From Candidatus Hermodarchaeota archaeon (GTDB taxonomy: Archaea; Asgardarchaeota; Thorarchaeia; Thorarchaeales; Thorarchaeaceae): a DNA stretch of 35,023 bases. Position 1 is the first letter of the stretch, and each line of letters begins with the position of its first letter. Below the pieces are notes generated by a model. It was not told where the DNA came from. It ran no database searches and was given only the letters and a program-made list of their open reading frames with translations. Positions 29,040-35,023 of this stretch are shown one piece after another. The position numbers were made by a program, and so were the translations under genes. The stretch covers positions 1 to 35,023 of the forward strand of contig JBHLLF010000028.1 in assembly GCA_048885865.1 (NCBI GenBank). The letters run 5' to 3'.

Positions 29040-29849
29040 ATGAAAACAAGATTGGTGCACTTGATTGCAGGATGCACAATGCTTGTCCTTTGCATCTCAA
29101 TATGCACAACGACTTCAAATGCGGCACTTGTCTGGCAAGACAACTTCGATGTCCCAGGTCTCGAAGATTGGATAATATTCGCATACGAAAATCTTAACGA
29201 TACGGACCCGATGGAAGGCAACTTCTCAGATGCATCTGGCGCTTTAGAAGTGCTTGATGATGATATGAACTTTGCCAGACACCTCAGTACTACAAGCGTA
29301 GGGACTTGGAGTTTCGATATGTTTGTGCCAGAGAATGAAAATGTTGAGTGGGCTACGTATGTCTATATCATGTCTAACGGGTCCAGGCAAATCCCAACAT
29401 ACCCATCTGATTTTATTGCTGTTGGAGCTTGGAATCGGGAAATACAATATCTGTGGAGTTTCATCGTTTGGACGATGAACGGATTGGATTGGATTATTCA
29501 CAAAACTATCTATAGGAATCCCGGATGGCACCACATTGACGTGAGCAGGACAAATGATGGTCACTTCTATGTCTGGTTCAATGGAACTCTTGAAACCGAC
29601 TTTATTTACAATGATGTCACACGCTCTACTTATCTTGAGTTCTACTCCTACAATGCTGCTGGTGCTGCAATCGACAACCTCGTTGTCAGGGACGATTTTC
29701 CCATACCTTTCCCTACCCCTACGCCTACCCCTACTCCTAGCTCTACACCTCCACCCCCACCGCTCCTGCCTTGGGATCTGATTGCCGTCGGAGGCGGTGG
29801 TGCTCTAGTTGTCATAGTGGCAGCAATTGTTTTCCTAAGACGAAGATAA
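29040..29849 (+). CDS. Surface protein: signal peptide, beta-sandwich (ConA/LamG-like) domain, Pro/Thr linker, C-terminal TM anchor
   Basis: VWQDNF, GWHHIDVSR..FYVWFNG, IDNLVV, (PT)n-Pro linker, TM followed by RRR. ATG at 29040. Confidence 0.75.
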   Translation: MKTRLVHLIAGCTMLVLCISICTTTSNAALVWQDNFDVPGLEDWIIFAYENLNDTDPMEGNFSDASGALEVLDDDMNFARHLSTTSVGTWSFDMFVPENENVEWATYVYIMSNGSRQIPTYPSDFIAVGAWNREIQYLWSFIVWTMNGLDWIIHKTIYRNPGWHHIDVSRTNDGHFYVWFNGTLETDFIYNDVTRSTYLEFYSYNAAGAAIDNLVVRDDFPIPFPTPTPTPTPSSTPPPPPLLPWDLIAVGGGGALVVIVAAIVFLRRR

Positions 29850-29865
29850 ATAAAACATGAGGGAT

Positions 29866-29897
29866 GAGGGTCCCCTAAGACCCTCTACTCTTTCTTC
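29866..29897 (+). terminator. Hairpin plus pyrimidine tract after the surface-protein gene
   Basis: GAGGGTC-CCCTAA-GACCCTC stem-loop followed by TACTCTTTCTTC. Confidence 0.5.
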
Positions 29898-30076
29898 AGA
29901 GTTATATTCCTACATACACCCGAACACTGAACCAAACGAAGAATCTACTCCTGTGTTAGTATGGCATTTTTAGTATGCGGATATATGGTTCGAGGATAAT
30001 CTGAGCGTCTTCAGAAACTGCACGCCAATTTTGCCGATATCCTTAAAATCCAAGAGGCACTGCTTCACATAACTGA

Positions 30077-30151
30077 GCCGGTTTGGCGGAGCAGCTACGC
30101 GACAGACTGCAGATCTGTTTTACCTGGGTGCAAATCCCAGAGCCGGCTCCA
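30077..30151 (+). tRNA. tRNA-Cys (GCA), intronless, CCA encoded
   Basis: Acceptor GCCGGTT/AGCCGGC; D arm GCG..CGC; anticodon arm ACAGA-CTGCAGA-TCTGT (GCA at 30109-30111); T arm CTGGG-TGCAAAT-CCCAG; discriminator U then CCA. TATA-like CTTAAAA about 30 nt upstream. Confidence 0.95.
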
Positions 30152-30157
30152 CTTCTT

Positions 30158-31006
30158 CTAATCAACACGTATTTTCCTTGAGAATTCTAAGGGCGGTTGT
30201 GCTGGGTCTTTGTGGAGCTTTGGGTCCCAATATAGTTCGTCACAGAAATCTCCACTGAATAGAGTCTGAGTTCTTCTCATCTGGACATTCTGATTTCTCC
30301 GGTTGCCTATCACCATACCTGGATAACATGTGACCAAATACCCCACCTCTGGGTCACTGACATTCTTCAGAGATTCGTGGGCTACGCACTTGTCAAACTT
30401 ACCTAGAAACATGCCGTCATCAATTCCTGCGACAGCGAAAGAAAATCCCCCACTCTCAGCAAGACCACTGGTGAAGTTCTTGCTAAACTGTGAAATCTTT
30501 GTCAAGTCGGGTTCTAGTCTAGCCTGCTTATCAGCCATTGAATCAACTGCATCTTTGTACACTCTGATTCCTTCTTCTCTTCCCAACAATTCAACAAGGA
30601 CTCTAACCATCTCATAGAATAGAATGTTCTCTGCCTTTTCACGGTCGATATACAATATCCTAGAATCTTCAGGATTCTTGGTTACACCTTTCTGTTGAAT
30701 CAAGTGGCTAAGAATTAATCTTGAAGCAGGGAGTAGTAACTCTAATTCCTCACTGAGAATGGGAAGTTCATTTTTGATTTCATCAAGACCAATCGCACTA
30801 TAGTCAACATCTGCAGCACCTTCATTTCTTGACCATGCTGATATGACCTGTTCTGCAAATTCATTGATGGTACTTTGGATTCGGTCAAGAATAGATTCCA
30901 ATGTTTGTTCTAAACGTTTGAGTGTCCTGAGTGTGAATGAGTGAAGATTGATCTCGATTGTGGCTTCGGAATTATACGAATTGAAGGACTCATAGTCAAG
31001 CGTCAT
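30158..31006 (-). CDS. Protein with C-terminal ATC-hydrolase-like (V4R-related) domain
   Basis: FDKCVAHESLK..PEVGYLVTCY...MRRTQTLFSGDFCD matches the L-2-amino-thiazoline-4-carboxylic acid hydrolase family pattern from memory. It has a helical N-terminal extension. Confidence 0.7.
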   Translation of the reverse strand: MTLDYESFNSYNSEATIEINLHSFTLRTLKRLEQTLESILDRIQSTINEFAEQVISAWSRNEGAADVDYSAIGLDEIKNELPILSEELELLLPASRLILSHLIQQKGVTKNPEDSRILYIDREKAENILFYEMVRVLVELLGREEGIRVYKDAVDSMADKQARLEPDLTKISQFSKNFTSGLAESGGFSFAVAGIDDGMFLGKFDKCVAHESLKNVSDPEVGYLVTCYPGMVIGNRRNQNVQMRRTQTLFSGDFCDELYWDPKLHKDPAQPPLEFSRKIRVD

Positions 31007-31049
31007 AATAATTCAGTCCGAGTCCTTCCTAATAATGCCAATGTCCAGC

Positions 31050-31075
31050 GCAAATCCCAGAGCCGGCTCCACTTC
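31050..31075 (+). repeat. tRNA-Cys 3'-end duplicate (att-like)
   Basis: 26/26 identical to 30130-30155. Confidence 0.95.
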
Positions 31076-31209
31076 CTGTTCTATATCAAGAATAAATCAG
31101 CCGACAGGTCTTTCTCTTATCTCATGTCTCTGCTGAGGTCCGACTCATACCGGCTCCATTTATTCTCCGCAAGTTTCTTTTAGGAGCAGACCACTCATTT
31201 GTGGCTGCA

Positions 31210-31575
31210 ATGAAGGAGGACAAGTATCTCATCACGTTCAATCTCTTGATCCTGTTAGCTTTGGTGCTACAATTCCTTGCCCTTTGGGGATATACTCCAC
31301 CCCTCAACATGATTGGCACAATTGCATTAGCTTCCTTAGCATTGATTGGATTGACAATAGGTTTGGTCGGACAATATCGCAACCCAATCGAGATATGGGG
31401 TTCAGTAACGGTCTCAATTGGTCTAGTCATAATGACTTTCTTTGTACTGCCATGGTCGTTTCATCCTATCTTTCTAGGTATAGGACTCATCCCTTACATC
31501 TTAGGGCTATATCGCCAACAGCAAGAAAGCGAAAAAGGAGAGTCATCAACGGTCAATGATGATTCATTGGCATGA
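31210..31575 (+). CDS. Hypothetical four-TM membrane protein
   Basis: Hydrophobic segments and a charged tail; ATG at 31210. Confidence 0.7.
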   Translation: MKEDKYLITFNLLILLALVLQFLALWGYTPPLNMIGTIALASLALIGLTIGLVGQYRNPIEIWGSVTVSIGLVIMTFFVLPWSFHPIFLGIGLIPYILGLYRQQQESEKGESSTVNDDSLA

Positions 31576-31635
31576 ATTCATCTTCTGATGCGGAATATTT
31601 CGTCCTAGCAATAGAAAAGAGATGTGGGAGGAATC

Positions 31636-31729
31636 ATGGAATTCGGTGCTTCTTCAATAAGCCCGAAATTGAAGGATGTCAAGGCCTCTCATGAGTTTTA
31701 CAATAAAATGGGATTCGGGGAATTTCACT
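31636..31729 (+). pseudogene. Truncated VOC/glyoxalase family gene
   Basis: After GGAGG: MEFGASSISPKLKDVKASHEFYNKMGF, resembling the VOC N-terminus (M.LGAFSISL.VKDI.AS..FYEKLGF). Similarity stops at the stop codon of the convergent gene. Confidence 0.7.
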
Positions 31730-32236
31730 TCACGATTGACCAGCTTCTAATGGTGAACGATATCCCAATTCTTTGAGCTTCTTGTATAGGTGCTTTGTGG
31801 ATTCCACGGTTCCCGAACTTCTCCATCGGGCAGCAATATAGGGCTCAATAGATTCGATTTTCTCATACCATGACACGCAAAAAACAGCTAGAGCTTCGGG
31901 AACTAAGTTTGCACTTGTTGCTTTTGCTTCGATTAGCTTGCCCATTGAATCAAAGAAAGATGCAGCGAGGATGAATTTTGCATACGCACCTGGATTAGAC
32001 AATGGACCGTACTTCTCAATGAAATCTTCCGGGCCGCTCCAATTCCATTCACGAAGGATTTCAGACACCATTTCAATAAACTCTAGGTCAGCTTGGCTGT
32101 GAAAATCTAGAAAAACTGATGCCTGCCGTGACTTTGCCAAATTCCTCAATGAGAGAACACTCATAATAACAGCAAAGACTACACTCATCGCTGCAATTAT
32201 GATTGAAATTGATTCTGGATTTAGCTCAAACTGCAA
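31730..32236 (-). CDS. Membrane-anchored hypothetical protein (DUF4760-like)
   Basis: N-terminal TM, then KSRQASVFL, DFIEKYG, FFDSMGKLIE. Confidence 0.7.
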   Translation of the reverse strand: MQFELNPESISIIIAAMSVVFAVIMSVLSLRNLAKSRQASVFLDFHSQADLEFIEMVSEILREWNWSGPEDFIEKYGPLSNPGAYAKFILAASFFDSMGKLIEAKATSANLVPEALAVFCVSWYEKIESIEPYIAARWRSSGTVESTKHLYKKLKELGYRSPLEAGQS

Positions 32237-32256
32237 TTGGATTACACTCTATTTTT

Positions 32257-32904
32257 CTATTTCATCACCAAAGATATTGCCTCGGAGGGGCAAGTAGATA
32301 CGCAGAGGCCGCATCCGTAGCAAAGATCATCATTCACTTTCAACTGGCCATCAATAATTTCTCTTGCTCCAAAATGACACCGCTTGACGCATGTTCCATC
32401 ATTGACACACTTCTCCAAGTCTGTGACTGAAATTGCATCAGAGGTAATCAGGTCTGGATACATTTTATGCCGGAGCACAGCTGAAAAAATCGCACAACAA
32501 GTAGAGCAGCAACCACAAAGGCGGTTCACTTTGTCATCCCACATTGCGTACGCCATATGAACAAGTCCTGCTTCATTGGACATTTTCAATGTTTCAATCG
32601 CTTCTTCCTTTGTGATCTCTACAGTGTTTTGATTCTTATAGACATCAGTGTCAAGGAGTGGTTTTGCAGTATCCCAAGCAATGCATGTTCTCCGCGGAGA
32701 ATCACAGTTTTGCATCATGGTCCTACAAATGCAGTCTGAGAGGTAGATGTGTTCGGCATCCTCAAGGTATCTCACAGCTTGGTCAATATTGAGAATCTTA
32801 GGTTCTGCCTTCAAATCCACATTGACAGGAATTGTGATAGCTGTATGCCACCTTTCGAAATTCTTGATTTGCTCCAACATCTTCGGATCCCAGTCTCTCT
32901 CCAA
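32257..32904 (-). CDS. 4Fe-4S dicluster domain protein
   Basis: CICR..C..C, LCGCCSTCC, CVNDGTCVKRC, CYGCGLCVSTCP. Confidence 0.9.
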   Translation of the reverse strand: MERDWDPKMLEQIKNFERWHTAITIPVNVDLKAEPKILNIDQAVRYLEDAEHIYLSDCICRTMMQNCDSPRRTCIAWDTAKPLLDTDVYKNQNTVEITKEEAIETLKMSNEAGLVHMAYAMWDDKVNRLCGCCSTCCAIFSAVLRHKMYPDLITSDAISVTDLEKCVNDGTCVKRCHFGAREIIDGQLKVNDDLCYGCGLCVSTCPSEAISLVMK

Positions 32905-33017
32905 TATTCACTCATCCTTTCAGAATTTGAATTTCAGAGCATGAAGAAGGTTGATTTAAGTTGTACTACCGTTGGATAGTCAAATCTGGTCCTTTTGATG
33001 TAAAATTAGGCTTTTGG

Positions 33018-33671
33018 CTAACGTTCAGCTAGTTTCTGTGCATCATACGCAAGTGCTACAATTACTACGATTGGCATAAGGATGACCATGGCGAGGGAGA
33101 AGACCACCATTATGCCCGCTGTTGCGGTAACATCCAGGGGCAGGCCAAAAATCTGGATTCCAACCGCTGTCCAGAACACAATAACGAAGAGGATGAGTAG
33201 TGACGGCCATAGCTTTGCCAAGAATACTCGACCAGGAAGACGTTCACGCCACCAATTCAAGGGTCTATTAATTTTGGTTGCGATTCCAACAGCAAGGAGA
33301 GATAGGAAGATTGGGGCAAAGCCACCACCGACGAGAAAGACAGTAAGAGTGAGGATGAGCAAAACACTCGCCCCATATTTTCTCTGAACAAAGAAAGCAG
33401 CCCAAACACAGACTATTATGCCAAAGATCACGGCAAGAATCCCTGTCCAAAGGAAGCTGGGCACGATTGTCAGAGCGGTTTCCATGCCGCCCTCCCAGAA
33501 TCTGATGTCATCACCAATGGCATCTATCATTATCCCACCTGTTGGTGTATCACCCTGAAGGATCTCAAAGATGCCATGCTCAATGCTCGCAAGACCAACG
33601 AGAATTCCATAGGTTGTAGCTACCGCTCTCGCTGCATTTGATTTGAGCCAATTCCCTTCCGAACGTGTCAT
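33018..33671 (-). CDS. Hypothetical multi-pass membrane protein
   Basis: EHGIFEILQG, ALTIVPSFLWTGIL, LVGGGFAP; about 6 TM segments. Confidence 0.78.
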   Translation of the reverse strand: MTRSEGNWLKSNAARAVATTYGILVGLASIEHGIFEILQGDTPTGGIMIDAIGDDIRFWEGGMETALTIVPSFLWTGILAVIFGIIVCVWAAFFVQRKYGASVLLILTLTVFLVGGGFAPIFLSLLAVGIATKINRPLNWWRERLPGRVFLAKLWPSLLILFVIVFWTAVGIQIFGLPLDVTATAGIMVVFSLAMVILMPIVVIVALAYDAQKLAER

Positions 33672-33937
33672 AGCGAATCAACAATCAGACTGCTCACTGA
33701 TATAAGAGCCTGATGCTTCAAAATCAAACTTAGCACATTATTCAATCAAATATCTGTAATAGAATTCTTTTGGAAGTTTCGAGATTCTCGTACGCTATCC
33801 ATTCAGGCGCAGCATGTGCTGTTGTCCCACACCAATCTCGCTTTTGCACCCAGTTGGCAAGATTCACAGCAACTCCTCGTAAGAAAGATAAGCAAGTAAG
33901 ATGGCAAAAAGAGTAACACCATGGTGTGTGGTTAGAA

Positions 33938-34324
33938 ATGAGCGGGGAAATTCCCAGCTTTGCCAAGTATGTGTTTCTACTCGGCTTCATTGCTTCTATC
34001 GTATTCGGAGTATGGACCTTTCTATCTCCGGAATCGTTTAGTGCAATCACCGAATGGCCAGATGAACCTGCGTCGACTCGACTAGTAGGATCATTCCTTA
34101 TTTCACTCTCAATCGCGGCGCTTCTAGCCTATCGTGCTTCTTCCTGGAAAGATGTGGAGCTCTATGTGCTGATCATCATTCTGTGGATGGTCCTAGGTAC
34201 AATATCACTGGTCTGGGCCACGCTGGTGGTACCGCTGCCTATCATTGGTTGGGCACTTGCTGGTCTGCTGATGTTATTCTTCGTCTTGTACCTGTACGTC
34301 TACATGCAAGGAAGGGCCAGTTGA
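33938..34324 (+). CDS. Hypothetical four-TM membrane protein
   Basis: Four TM segments; WPDEPASTRLVG. ATG at 33938. Confidence 0.75.
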   Translation: MSGEIPSFAKYVFLLGFIASIVFGVWTFLSPESFSAITEWPDEPASTRLVGSFLISLSIAALLAYRASSWKDVELYVLIIILWMVLGTISLVWATLVVPLPIIGWALAGLLMLFFVLYLYVYMQGRAS

Positions 34325-34478
34325 AGCTCATACTGAGCATAGCTAAGCACTGAATCTATGGAGCTGAACAAATAGCTCCTCCCGTAGTGAAATTGAGGTC
34401 AATAATTCATTTCCCTCGCGCGATACCATACAATTTTCACCAGGATTTGCGATTTCGAGTTATAAGGAGAGTTTTTGC

Positions 34479-35023
34479 ATGAAAATAAAATTCGGAGTCC
34501 ATATTGAGCCTCAGTTAGGGTATACTTTCGACCAAGCTTTGGCAATCGCCTTGGAAGCGGAGAAGATTGGCTACGAGTCCTTCTGGTGCAGTGATCATCT
34601 CTTTCTCAATGAGAATTCTGCGGGGCAGAATTGCATGGAGGCATGGACTCTCCTTTCTGCTCTGGCTGCGAAGACATCGAAGATTCGACTGGGTACTATG
34701 GTGACATGCAATTCGTATCGTCCACCATCAATACTGGCCAAAATCGCTGCAACAATCGACATGATCTCCAACGGTAGACTCTGGTTCGGCTACGGAGCCG
34801 GTTGGAAGAAGGATGAATACAGAGCGTACGGGTATGGCTTTCCAAAGATACAGATTCGCATGGATATGATGGAAGAGGCTCTACAGATTATCAAACTCCT
34901 TTGGACGGAGCCAAGTCCCAGTTTCAAGGGCAGGCATTACTCAATTGAGAATGCCTTCTCTGCTCCGAAACCTGTTCAAAAGCCGCATCCTCCGATACTC
35001 ATTGGGGGTGACGGAGAAAAGCG
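34479..35023 (+). CDS. LLM-class probable F420-dependent oxidoreductase (partial, runs off window)
   Basis: Own translation MKIKFGVHIEPQLG..GYESFWCSDHL..EAWTLLSALAAKTSKIRLGTMVTCNSYRPP..SNGRL..PKPVQKPHPPILIGGDGEK, with AAGGAG upstream. Confidence 0.92.
   Translation, partial: MKIKFGVHIEPQLGYTFDQALAIALEAEKIGYESFWCSDHLFLNENSAGQNCMEAWTLLSALAAKTSKIRLGTMVTCNSYRPPSILAKIAATIDMISNGRLWFGYGAGWKKDEYRAYGYGFPKIQIRMDMMEEALQIIKLLWTEPSPSFKGRHYSIENAFSAPKPVQKPHPPILIGGDGEK

Larger units (their letters stand above)
30130..31075. mobile_element. Single-gene islet integrated at the tRNA-Cys 3' end
   Basis: Exact 26-bp direct repeat GCAAATCCCAGAGCCGGCTCCACTTC at 30130-30155 and 31050-31075. It encloses one gene and no integrase. 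Confidence 0.75.

Noticed and set aside
30158-31006. Functional link between an ATC-hydrolase-like (cysteine-related) gene and tRNA-Cys
   Set aside because: The family name covers broad V4R-like proteins of unknown substrate, so the link is likely coincidental.
842-33450. Numerous short antisense or overlapping ORFs in the ORF track
   Set aside because: They are shadows of well-supported genes and have no recognisable motifs.
1-35023. CRISPR array, integron or IS/prophage
   Set aside because: No regularly spaced repeats, no IntI, transposase or phage genes, and no consistent RYYYAAC/GTTRRRY hairpins after genes were seen by eye.

Overview
This is a gene-dense archaeal chromosomal window. 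Gene content and protein style suggest an Asgard archaeon, probably Thorarchaeia; that is inference from recalled families, not a database result. It is a patchwork of mostly unlinked accessory genes: a GH3 glycosidase, an FAD oxidoreductase with its regulator, SAM and ICMT/PEMT methyltransferases, two MFS transporters, hydrolases, LLM oxidoreductases, flavodoxins, TPR proteins and small membrane proteins. The main structure missed by the ORF track is an intact tRNA-Cys(GCA) at 30077-30151 surrounded by copies of itself. An exact 26-bp 3'-end duplicate encloses a single-gene islet of about 0.9 kb, a further degenerate 3'-end scar follows, and a decayed promoter plus 5'-end copy lies about 10 kb upstream. 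No integrase or transposase is visible. Similar scars recur at protein genes: a duplicated 3' fragment of a putative DNA-binding gene flanks a TPR gene, and truncated flavodoxin and VOC genes directly abut their neighbours. Together these suggest gene-by-gene accretion. Other oddities are a Zn-ribbon-fused EutA-like ATPase without EutBC, an E2 acyltransferase domain lacking its catalytic His/Asp, a membrane-wHTH fusion, and a perfect 20-bp operator-like palindrome with a near-copy upstream of an unannotated 53-aa ORF.
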